Shown here: piece after piece, positions 12,331-23,571 of the stretch
Layout of the letters: each line of letters begins with the position of its first letter
How positions within the stretch are numbered: the first letter of the stretch is position 1
From: Macrostomum hystrix
Lineage: Eukaryota; Animalia; Platyhelminthes
Direction: 5' to 3'
Assembly: GCA_950097015.1 (NCBI GenBank)
Contig: CATNEN010000005.1
Span: 3,782,001 to 3,846,000 of the forward strand
DNA length: 64,000 nucleotides
Made by a program: the position numbers and the translations under genes
Notes under the pieces: model-generated
Told to the model about the DNA's origin: nothing
What the model saw: the letters and a program-made list of their open reading frames with translations, nothing else
Database searches by the model: none

Positions 12331-14329
12331 TACTTAAAACTTGCTTATACCTTTTTGATACCTTACATTAAATATAAAAAAAAAAAAAAAGAAATTTATT
12401 TCTAAACACTATGGAAAATGGTCGTTTCATCTGCCAAAATACTACTGCAAACAGAAAGGCGGCAGACAAAACAACTACCCACCACTTCTGGTTGGTTGGA
12501 AACAACTACTTATGCTTTGGTAGCCATGGTAGGAAACATAATTTCAGCTTTTCTACATTTTATTGCTTTCTACTTGTTTCTATTGTCTCTGAGCTATTTG
12601 TTTTACTCACTACAGTGTAAACTATATTTAAGAACCAAAGACTCAGGAAATAAAAGTTTCCAGAACCAACATATCTATATCTGTAACTTTAGCCTAAAAT
12701 TAAAAAGTTCCATATTTATAACTTTGGCATTCCTCTAGTTTTGTATGTTTCATTATTTTATTAAAGATAGGTAAAAAATTATTATAAATTTGTATGCAAG
12801 TTTTTAAATTACTATCACTATCAGATCAGTGCTGTGCATGGAGGCTAGAGTGATGTCTATGGCAAAATACTTGCACTTAAGGAGGTTTAGAATGACATGG
12901 CAGTTTTATGTCCATGGTCAATTTTCGCTGTGTACATGGCTATCTCTCTGGTGAAGACAAACAAGAAAGATAAAGAAAGGGACAAGGAGGGATAGATGAT
13001 TCTGGATAGCACACTACTACAAAATTAAATTTCAGGATATGTTTAAAATGTGTATAGCTTTAATATATAGCACGGTAGGGTTTATCGTTAGCATTAACTA
13101 TTTACAAAACGAAAAATTAAAAACATTTTTTCAAAAAAAGTTTGCTGAGACAGGAAAAAAATTGAGCTTAGCCTTAGCGTGCTGGTGGTAGTGTTTTTTA
13201 ATGTTTTTAACATGCGCATTTAAAATACGGAGCTAGATACTCACGTTTATTTAAATTTACAAGAGACGCTTCAGTGTTTTAGAAATATTGGTTACAACAA
13301 AAATATATGTAATCGTTCTATTACCTACTTGATGTCATAATCAATTATCAGAAAGTTAAACCATTTATATTTTATTTTTTCGTATCATTATAAAAACATC
13401 ATATAAAAATGACGATGATGCTAAGCCAGTGCGTTCGCCGATGTTAAATGGTACTCCGAGAATTACGCATATTTATGTCATTGTAGAGGCAGCGTAGGAT
13501 TTGCGTGGCTTTGCGAAGACATTCTAATCTCATATTATCGTTACCCATCACGATAGTGACATCGGTCGATGCGCTCATGCACTCCTGAGGAAGCGAGCGA
13601 TCCGAGATTATGTCAATGGTTAAAATTTCCATGTACATCTTTTTACATGCCATACATGCATGTGTACATACAACAGTAATTGCTGCTGAGTAAAACTTGC
13701 TGCTAAACTAGGGAAAGAGTTGTACATATTTATCTTGATCTTGATTTTTGTTATACAAATTAGATTGTTAGCTCGTAGAATTCAGTTGTTTGCGGAAGCA
13801 CTGCACCACATTCATGGGCATCAGGAAAGTTTTTTCAATTACGTTGATGATTTAAAATATGACAATTAAAATATACGCTACTGTACAAATTTATCATTAC
13901 TCCTTTTTTATCTAACTCGTTTTTGTCAATTTGTGGGTATGAATATGTGTATATCAATGCTACGAGTGCTGTCCTGTCAAGAAAATTTGCACCAAAAATC
14001 GATGGACTTGATTTACAACTTAGAAAAGACACACTATAAAAATAGTCGATATTTTTTTGAAAACTTCATAGTTTAATTTTATTTTGATGTGCTTTATATT
14101 TTAACTTTTTATAACGCGACGAGCTGAATGTGTTAAATGAATAACGCAAATCATCTTTAGTACCGTGGTATTTAAAACTTGGAGGTCGAATTACATTTAT
14201 ACAGTTTATAAGTCACCCCTATGATCAACAATAGACACAAAAAATATAAAAATAGTCAGCTGCTTCTCGACTTAAACTCCCTAACAACTTGTTTCGTATT
14301 TAAGCTCGGCGTCATATAAAAAATAAAAC

Positions 14330-17300
14330 CTACTGCGGCACCACCAGGTCGCTAGTATAGTGCGCCTTCGGAATCGGCGTCGACTTGTCCTTCTTCGCTG
14401 AGGTCGGCCGCTGCGAGTGACAATCGCAGGTAGCGAAGCGGAAGATTTTCATGCAGTGCAGACCGTTAGCCGCGAACTCGGTCACCACCAGATGGCCCTC
14501 TGGTGTTACCCGGACGGACTGGACACTGCCAAGGTCGTCCACAGGTCCGAGCACCTGCATAGGATGTATAAGGCAAGATTCCGGAACGTTTCTAATTATT
14601 TTGGTTACCCTTGGTGACAAATGGAACGGTTTGCACCAAATTTTCGCTTTGGTCACGCTTTTCGACTGGGGGTCGGTGGCAGAGCGGTTACCGCGTTTGC
14701 CTCTCGCAGCAAGGTCTCGGAGCTCGATTCCGCGGCGAGGCCACATTCATTTGGGGCGCAGACATGGAGAGAAGGCTTGAGAGTTTGTCGTGCAATTTAC
14801 ACCCTCGAGGGCCAACCTCCAAGGCACAGTTGAAAAGTGTACACTGCCTGACAATGATGGGCAGATGTACACACCTGTGTGAGCGTGTGCATGCGTACGG
14901 TATCTGTGCGCGTGTGTGCTCAGGAGTCATCGAAATGGGCAGAATTGCCTCCTCTCTCTTCTCCACGGGTCTAGTAGTGTCACCAAATAATTATGTACCA
15001 TTGCCCACAGCCACCCTGCAATTATAATAAATAATTATTCACAATTTTCGACCAATTTCTTACCTGTCCGTGCAGTCCACCTGTCAGCGCGTAGGCGTTC
15101 ACGGTGTGATTAGAAGCGTCGGCCACCAGAATGAGGTCCGGTGTCAAATCAACGCCAATCGGCAAAGTGGCCAGGCCCGGCAGCGACGCAGCCGGTTCGA
15201 ACACCAGAGTCGGCGATCCTCCATAGTCGAATAGTCGAACCACCCCACAGGCGGTGTCACAGACGGCAATCAGCTGACGATTGGCTGCGAGGCTGTACAT
15301 CTGGACTGGGCTAGCAATGGCAGCCGCGGCAGCCGCCGAACGACCCAAACTTGGCGGATCGATCGGGAACGATTTGTCGTATTTGCAGCCTTTGCGATAC
15401 ATTTCAATCTGGAATTGGAATAATGAGCTTGGATCCTCGAAGTCCTTTGTTCCTCTGGTAATGAAATGATAACAATTAATAATTGATTACACCTACTTCA
15501 ATGGGGCCAGATGTGCAGCCGACAGCACAGCCGCAGCTATTGTGCGGCGCAACCGAAGCCTGCGTACGGCTGTTCAGTCAATGGACTGGGGGAACGCCAC
15601 ACTAACCCTTAATTACCCCAGCTAATGCTGGTACCCATTTAACAGCTGGATGAACTGAAGCAATAAAGAGTTAAATGTCTTTCTACCGGACACAACAAAT
15701 TGTTCTAGTTAAGTCTGGAATCGAACCCCCAACCTTCAAGTCGTGAGTCCGGCTCTCTAAAAACTAGGCTACAATCGCCTTATTATATTAATAATAATAA
15801 TAATACTAATAATAATGTAACACCACATGGCGATAAAAAAAGTGGCCACAATGGGCGGGCATCAAATCCCGTGCCTCAATGTCTCTGACCAATTGCTGGT
15901 TGCCTCACGCCGGCAGCCAGTCTGGGTGCAGTTCGCGCGTCATAAAAAAGACGGTCGGTATAGCGAGCCACTCGTCCCTGTCCATTCTACATTGTTCCAA
16001 TACATTTTAAAGTAAATTTAAAGGCTGATATTTCTGCTGGCAATCCAAGTTACTATCTACAAAGCACTTCGATAGGGGATTAGTGGCAGAGTGGTTATCG
16101 CTTCTGCCTCTCGCACTAAGGTCTATGAGCTCGAAAATTTAAGATGAAGCCACATTTGTTTCATGGGCGGACAACCGTGAAACTGAGTTCTAAAAAATTA
16201 GTCACCTGTCTAGCCTCGCTAGCCACAATGATATTGTGTCCGGCGTCGCAAACGATGGCAACTGGCGTCGACCTGGTTAGAAACATCATTCTGAGGCTGC
16301 CCTTCGGTCTGAAGATCTGCACCCGACCGTTTCCCGTGTCGGCAACGGCATAGTTACCAGTTGGCATCCAGGCCACATCGATGGGGCTGTCCAATTCGCC
16401 CGGACTCGAGCCCCTGCCGCGGCCGATGATGTTCTTGAAGACTCCAGCCGAGTTAAACAACTGCACCCGGTGATTGTCGGTGTCAGCGATGGCGATTTCG
16501 CCATCTGAGGCCACGGTTAGGCCGCGCGGATAGCAGAAGTAGCCGTCAGCCCCGCCGCGTTGACCGACAGAATGCAGCAGCTTGTCCTTGCTGTTTGTTT
16601 GAAAATGTCATGTTGAAGGTATATATTACTGATCTTACTTTCATTCTCGAGACCACAAATTAATGGAGTTTCCCACTTCGACTCCACTGAATGGAACTAA
16701 CTTCATGTCTCTTGATTGTGATACGATACAGGGTTTCCATCAGCCGTGTTGAGGTTGAGGTCTTGAGGTTAGAGCAATAATAATAATAATTATTATTATT
16801 ATTGCAAGAGGGCTGCGGGCAGTGGCACATCATTTAGTGACACTGGACCCGCAGCCAGCGAGGAGGCAATTCTGCCCATTTCGCTGACTCCTGAGCACAC
16901 ACGCACACAGATACTGTACGCAGGCATTCGCTCGCACAGGTGTGTACATCTGCCCTGACTTTCTTATCGTCAGGCAGTGTACATTTCACTGTGCCTTGGA
17001 GGTTGCCGTGAAGGGCGTAAATTGCACGACAAGCCCTCAAGCCTTCTCTCCGCGGCTGCGCCCCAAATACGAGTAAATGTGGCCTCGCCGTGGAATCGAA
17101 CTTAGGGACCGTGGTGCGAGAGGCAAATGCGATAACCGCTCTGCCACCGACCGCCTGAGGTTAGAGCAATCAATTAGTATGTTTTTATGAGTCAGCTTTT
17201 TTATTACACCTACTAGTACATTAATTGGGCCAGACGACAGCACAGCCGCAGCTATTGTGTGGCATGCGAAGGCTGCGTACGGCTGCTCAGTCCATGGACA

Positions 17301-17965
17301 GGGAGGGCGCCAGACCCACTCCCAATTTAACAGCTGAGGGAACTGAAGCAACGCAGATTCAAGAGTCTTGCTAAAAGACACAAAGTGTTCCAGTGGAGTT
17401 GGGAATCGAACCCGTGACTTTAAAGTCATGAGTCTGCTACTATTCCCAGATTGTATCTGGGAAAATGTTGCAATTATCAAGGTACCTTCGACCCTCTGTG
17501 TCCTGATTTTACTCGGACGCAATAAACCAGGAGTGCTACCCCGATTTCCCCATCTGCTAACTCACGGCTTATCCTCAACGTTAAAGTGTCGGACTTTATG
17601 GTGCAGGGCTTGCACATCTTCCTGAGTCTGCTTCAGGCCAAACGCCAACAGGAAGGCTGGCCAGTGTTGCGAGTCGTGCTTGTCCTGCTGACTGGCTGGT
17701 CGACAGGAATGCGCTGCAACAATGAGAAACCGATAATATTTTGTAGTCTCACACACCCTAGCAACTAATTCGATTTCCCTAGTAACTCGTAACAGCACAA
17801 TCTTCTCGTAATCTTCTTGCGTCACTCACCAGGTGGATGCAAGGACTTGAACACTCTATGGGCGCACTCTGTGTTGAGCAGATGATTCGATGGGTAGCTC
17901 TGACGCACCTCAACTGCGCACGGACCCAAACGCTTTAGTCTCAACTGGGATTGCGAATCGACCAT
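14330..17965 (-). CDS. NHL-repeat beta-propeller protein, ~412 aa, with no RING/B-box detected
   Basis: Exons 17965-17830, 17713-17566, 16590-16206, 15408-15064 and 14554-14330, phases consistent, GT-AG. NHL repeats: YPRGLTVASDGEIAIADTDNHRVQLF, SPIDVAWMPTGNYAVADTGNGRVQIF, PIGVDLTPDLILVADASNHTV. Confidence 0.85.
14668..15040 (+). mobile_element. tRNA-derived SINE family A, full-length (~370 bp)
   Basis: A-box TGGCAGAGCGG, B-box-like GCTCGATTCC, CTCTCG anticodon-like loop, conserved body and (TAA)n tail. Confidence 0.85.
15490..15780 (-). mobile_element. CORE-like SINE (family B)
   Basis: Homologous to the 8525-8790 copy; followed on the + strand by a (TAA)n tract. Confidence 0.8.
16075..16175 (+). 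mobile_element. SINE family A, 5' fragment
   Basis: TGGCAGAGTGGTTATCGCTTCTGCCTCTCGCACTAAGGTC...GCCACATTTG. Confidence 0.6.
16785..17152 (-). mobile_element. SINE family A, full-length
   Basis: Reverse complement of the 14668 copy, with a TAA/TTA tail. Confidence 0.85.
17215..17430 (-). mobile_element. CORE-like SINE (family B), partly deleted
   Basis: TTTAACAGCTG...TCTTGCTAAAAGACACAAA...GGGAATCGAACCC on the + strand. Confidence 0.7.
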
Positions 17966-19499
17966 GATTTGCCAGGTAGCCTATAGTTAGACGTTGTTTT
18001 CGAACAAAAACGTCTAACAAAAATTCGCTGCAGCTTCTCAACCTGCCCTACGTCGGACAGAAATATTAGATCTACGTAGCTTATTTGTGCGAAAGAGACG
18101 TTTCTGGCTGAGAAGTGCTCGCTCTCAAGACCCGCAATTTTCACCGCTGCTCTGTGTATAGTGTCCTTTCTTCTCTCAATCGCCCTGTCTGTCCCGCTTT
18201 TTCGATGTTTTAGAAAGAAAAACTGGTCAGAAGCCCTTGGAAACCATGTATAACGTTGAGCTGTGCACGATAATTAATTTGATTCCCCTCTACCTTACTA
18301 GCTATACCTATCCTTCGCACTGCTTTCATTTCATTCACAAGCAGCCAAAAAGAAGTCTAGCTGCTGACAAATATTCTTTAGATACTCTTGACTATGGAAA
18401 TTTTATGTACAACGGAATCTATCGCCTTCTTAGAAAGGTATAATATTTCTGTAAGATATTTCTGTAAGATCATGAGCATGACCATGAACAAGTGCGAAAC
18501 TAGGATATTGAGCATAACATCTCTAGGCCAGAAATTAACATTGTGAACAATTCGTTTTTGGAGAAGTTACACAATGGGTTATACATTAGTATCTTTATCA
18601 CGAATGAATATTTATTACCTATTTTTATTACTCATAATTTTCTGTCAATTTGTCAAATGCTTCGGCGTTCGTGTTTCGTGTTTTAAATCACGCATATTTC
18701 GTCCTTCGGCACAGGTGGACATGGCTGGACGTCCATGGATGATGATGTACCTTAAGTCCAGCGTCATTCGAAAACGAAACGTACGGATTCGAAAACGACT
18801 CAAAGGCGAAAACGACTGCTCGATTGACACTTTGTATACGAGTATGTTGCATATATATTGACATGAATGAATGATGAATGATGAATGTTTGGTTGAATGA
18901 GTATATAGTACACCGTTTTTGTACTTCATGCCCAGAGTACGTCTGTTAGTACTTATGATTTTCTTTAGTTTGATTGAGCACGCAGCAAGAGCTGGTCGAT
19001 ATACTTACCTTTACCTTTACCTTGAAATTATTTACAAAATCTGACGTCTAGAAACTATAAATAGAGGCAACATTCTGCTGGCGCAAAATCGACACTGTAG
19101 TGTAAAAAAGTGTATCCGTTGAACGTGGTATATTAAAAAACTTAACATTCTGTACGTTGATCATACGCGATCGAACACAACGAAGTGCACCAAAAATCTA
19201 CGTCAAGGACCACTGTAGTATAACTACATAAATACATGTAGTATAACTAGTAAAACCACTGTTATACTACAGTGGTCCTTGATCCACGTATCCTGTTAAA
19301 CGTAAATTATACATAAATTCTTAGCAATACGAGTATTATACGCCATTTTAACGTATTTTAGCTTACGTAAATTCAAAGCATTTTGTCGCGACAAGTTCCA
19401 CTAATATTCTTCGTAACTCTTCTACGTTAATTACGAGCGTAAACATATTTAATGTAGAGAAATATACGTATTTTACGTACTTATTTTTCTTTGGTCTCT

Positions 19500-19660
19500 C
19501 GGCAGAGCCAATCAGATCTGGCCGCAGCTTTTCCTTCCACCCCTACCCCCGGACTGGGTTAGGTTTTGTGCCAACCTGTGTTCTACCCCCAGTCAAAGCT
19601 CGCCGATTGGCTGGCGGGCTTAGGGCTCTCTCTTATCCTAATCAGTCTCTAGCCAATCGT
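19500..19660. promoter_or_regulatory. CCAAT-box cluster, possible promoter upstream of the NHL gene
   Basis: GC-rich island with GCCAATCAG, GATTGGC and GCCAATCG. Assignment to a gene is inferred from position only. Confidence 0.3.
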
Positions 19661-20271
19661 TTCTTAGGCTTTACCTATTCTGTTCTGCTCTCACAAATGC
19701 AAAGCATGGCATTCAAAGTACACTAATAGCACTAGCAAGTGATAATTAATTAATTAATCTGCGAGATATGAAGGTTTTAGCTTCTGCAAAGGCTCTGGGA
19801 CTACAACAAAAAGGATTTTTATAAGTTCTTCTTTTCTCACGCGACGAAAAAAATACATTTGTGCTTCAAATGCATAAACGCTGACGATTTTAGTGCGACT
19901 AAAGAAACATTAAGAAAGTTCTAGACTTTGACAAGTTTTTTTCATTTAAACACTTTATTGAAAACTTCAGAGAAAATATTTCCAGGCCCCAGGAGAAATA
20001 TAAAATGTAAGTTTGATAGAACAGATATAAATAAGATCAGCATAAAATATATCTTAATAAGATGAATAGATAAAAACAAGATCTTAATCATTTCAGAAGT
20101 AAGTGTTTACAATATTTAGTTTTATTATGATCTGTGAAAGCATGTGCTGTCCGTCAAGACAATGTTAAATTTATGCTTGTTTTTTTTACTAAGCCGATTT
20201 AGTTGGACAATGCGATTGTTTCTTACGAGCGTAGATCTTACACGAATGTGATCTCTCACCACAGTTGGTTC

Positions 20272-21743
20272 TCAGCAGGTGCCCTTATTCAGCTGCAGGA
20301 CAACCTTGCCGTCACCGAATAGCACGTTGTCGAAATTGCATTTTGAGCCGCCGCAGAAAGACCCTCCACCGCCGCCAGCATCGGTGTAGTCAAGGCCAGC
20401 TCCGCCTCCGCTGAAGCCACCGCCGGCGCCGGAGGCACCGTAGACGATGCCAGCGCCGCCGCCACCGCCGAAGCCACCGGAGCCCTTCTGGTCGCGTCCA
20501 GCTCTGCCACCGATCCAGCCCTCAGTCATGCCGCCGCCTTCTTCGCCATCGTCGGAGCTCCGCCTTGGGTTGATCGGCTTTCCCAGCCAGCCGGCGCCGC
20601 AGCCCCCATGGTAGATGTCGGACGTTTTCGTAATCGGCTCATTGAATCCGGGTTGACCGTTGTCACCCCCGATTCCTGACGAGACTGGATTTCGTCCTCG
20701 ACTGTTGCCAGCCCGAGTTGTTTTAGACGCCCAGAGGCCTACCGTTAATATTAATTCTTACCATTAATTTTCCTAATTTCAAATGACATCCATGACGTCT
20801 TACAAAAACTGATAAAATCTAATCCAAACGTGGAGTCTTTGAGCGGATCGGATAGCTTCTTTTCTGAGAGCCATTTATAAAGAACCTATTCTATGACAAG
20901 GTGATATGCAGAAAACTATTCCTAATAAACTCACCCTGATACCACGACGACACGCCTCCACCGCCACCAGCCGCGATGTACAGCTTGGCGTCGTAGACTC
21001 CATAGACGAATGTGCCACCACCGCCTCCAGCTGGCGCATTCAGACTGGTTGAGTTGCCGCCCATTTGACCCACAACGATGGCCAGCCGGGTGCCCACCAC
21101 GAAGTTGAACACACCTGATATTCTGGCACCCCAGCCTCCCTGGCTTGAGCCATACCAGCCACCGCTAGCGCCAGATGCTTCTACCTGGTAGCAGCCGGTT
21201 GTGTTGATTATCGCGAACTGAATCGATCCGATGCGGTACTGACCAGAGGCTGAAGAAGAATTTGATCGGTGACTCAGCTTACCATGCACTTATAAATTTA
21301 CTGTCATTCGTCGGCTTACCACCAAACAGCTGGTAGTTAGACACCGCAGTGTAGTTGATTTTTCCAGAGCGTCCTCTTTCCACAATGTCATCAAAGTTGC
21401 TCATCTTCCACATCTTCTCCCCCACCTCCGGCCTGAACACCTTCGCAAGGCCAGTCAGGGCAGTTTTACCTGCATCCAGTGTAATGAGCATTTGGCACAC
21501 GTGGCTGGTGAAATTGAACTTGATGGCCGCGCAAGACCGTTGCAGACACCAAAGCACACAGTTAGCCAGCGACCGAGCGCTGCTGATGCTGACTATGTCG
21601 ACAAGGATGCCGGTTTCAATGGCAATGGAGTCAGTAGCTTGGAAACGAGCGTTTTTTATGCTACACTGCTCAGCCTCAGACCGCTGGATAACTGCAGACA
21701 ATGAGATGAGCAGCAGGCTCAAACAATTACTGAGAAGCTTCAT
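20272..21743 (-). CDS. Secreted PAN/apple + ALK/LTK-type glycine-rich-domain protein, ~401 aa, with no TM or kinase domain
   Basis: Exons 21743-21320, 21249-20935 and 20738-20272, phases consistent. Signal peptide MKLLSNCLSLLLISLSAV; PAN-like CVLWCLQRSCAAIKFN...C; glycine-rich motifs YQVEASGASGG, LAIVVGQMG, AGGGGGTFV, LYIAAGGGG, GGFGGGGG and GGGGGSF...GDGKVVL. Confidence 0.85.
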
Positions 21744-23269
21744 TCCAGATCAACCGATTAGCTGTTGACTGTGTTGCAATTTGACAGTTGATGAAGAAAA
21801 TAAATGCGCTTCGAAATGAGCATTATTTATGCCAACCGTGAGTCACGCGCATCTCACAGTCGGAGCGCTAGTTTCCATAGAAACTAATAGCTATTAAGTG
21901 GGTCGGCTTATCCCGAGTTTTAAGGGTACCCGCATACGATTTTAAAACCAATTTAATTAGTCCTGCCGAAGTCATAGCTGCATGCCGTTTTCGGAAATGA
22001 GATTGCTTTGGTAAGTGAAACTACTGCATATAGTTACTATTTCATTTGAGCCCGACTGTATCACTTAAAAACGTTTTATCATATCGCCAATCCACTTTTT
22101 GCACTTGTGCATCGGTCGCAGTTAAAATTGCCGCTTTTATTTTTTTAAATATATATTAGAAAAATCTCACCTGCAAATTCGCTAGCAAAACAAAGGTACT
22201 TATATCGACTGCACTATTGCTGTCTTGAGACAGGAAAGTACCACATTAATTACTACTCAATGTTACCAATTATTACAATCTCACCGAGCATGTGTTGCAT
22301 ACATTTCCACACTGCGCTCGTTGCTAGGCTGCATTGAAAAAAAGTTTTTTATGTCAAAACTTATGCCATGTAAATTTGGATGTTGGTTGCCGAAGCATTA
22401 TTTTCTTTTTTTCGGGGAAGAAGCTATTGTGTGGAACAGTAGCGGTGTGTTTTGCCTGTACGGCGGTGTTAGTTAGTTTATAATAAATATATAGGCATCT
22501 TTCTACTACTAGGGTTGCCCCACCGCGATATGTAGTATTTGTTGTCTCTATTTGTTGCAGTGGTGTGGATTTGTTAATTTACATCAAATTTATATTCTTA
22601 AACTACTGTAAGAATATCGATGTCCCAATCGTTTACTTTTATTGTTTTGGTGTCTTCCAACTTATTGGCACCATTTAATAACAAATTTCTATTTACTTGG
22701 TTGAACATAGTAGACATTACATAGCTATACTGTCTAGACGGTCTGGTATGATGCTATGTTTCCTAATAGGCCTAGATACAGTTTTTTAATAAGTAAAGTG
22801 TAGGGCCTAACGCAAAGTACAATACATTTTGCTCAGTTTAAATATTTAGGAGAACATTTGTTTATTTATGAAAACATTTTAAGAGCCTTTATTTAAGTCA
22901 TTGGTTTTGGCTATGCTCTAAGAAAATATAAAATAGCCCTTATATTGCTTTCAATTTAATGACATAAATAGTGAAAAGCTGCTTTTATAAATAAAATATT
23001 TTGTCTGTTTGGTTCTTCTATTTAAACATGTACTTTGTTTTTGGCTAGTCATATTTAAATTGTGTTTAGTTTATCAATAACCTGTTAGTTATTTACACTA
23101 CAAATTTTAGAGCTCTATTCAATATATAAATATCAAGTTGTACTATAAATTGCAGATAAAATGGTGTAGGCCTAGTGACATGGTGAAAAGTGACAATTTG
23201 AATAAACATACTTATTGCATTGGTGCATATTGTTATTATCATCTATAATCAACATTGGCTAATAATAAC

Positions 23270-23345
23270 GATTGCAGAAGGGCTGCAGGCCATTGCACAT
23301 CATTTGGTAACCCTAGACCCGTGGAGAAGAGTATGGCCATGGTGC
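23270..23345 (-). mobile_element. SINE family A, 3' fragment
   Basis: ATTGCAGAAGGGCTGCAGGCCATTGCACATCATTTGGTAACCCTAGACCC matches the SINE A tail. Confidence 0.55.
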
Positions 23346-23571
23346 AGAAGGATTTCTGTGTACAATGGAAGGCAAATTTCAGTTTTAGCCTGCTGTACGA
23401 CAGTACAACACAAGTGAACTAAGTAATTTTTTTTTGTACGACAAACTACAATGCAGAAACCCACATACTCCCGACCCAGACAAAGAGTAATAATAAGTTG
23501 TAAGTGGTAATAACAAGTTTACAAGTAATTGAAGTAATATTAATTATGAATGATTCAATTAAATGAATTTA

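Noticed and set aside
17562-17825. ORF starting VTQEDYEK as the NHL N-terminus
   Set aside because: Its first part is intron 1 (gtgagt donor at 17829, acceptor at 17714); the spliced model gives consistent phases.
18574-18929. Short ORFs upstream of the NHL gene
   Set aside because: No recognisable domain or phase-compatible splice link; possibly UTR.
22510-22530. TAGGGTTGCC as a hAT terminal inverted repeat for the transposase gene
   Set aside because: No reverse-complement partner or TSD found on the other side (29.1-30.2 kb).
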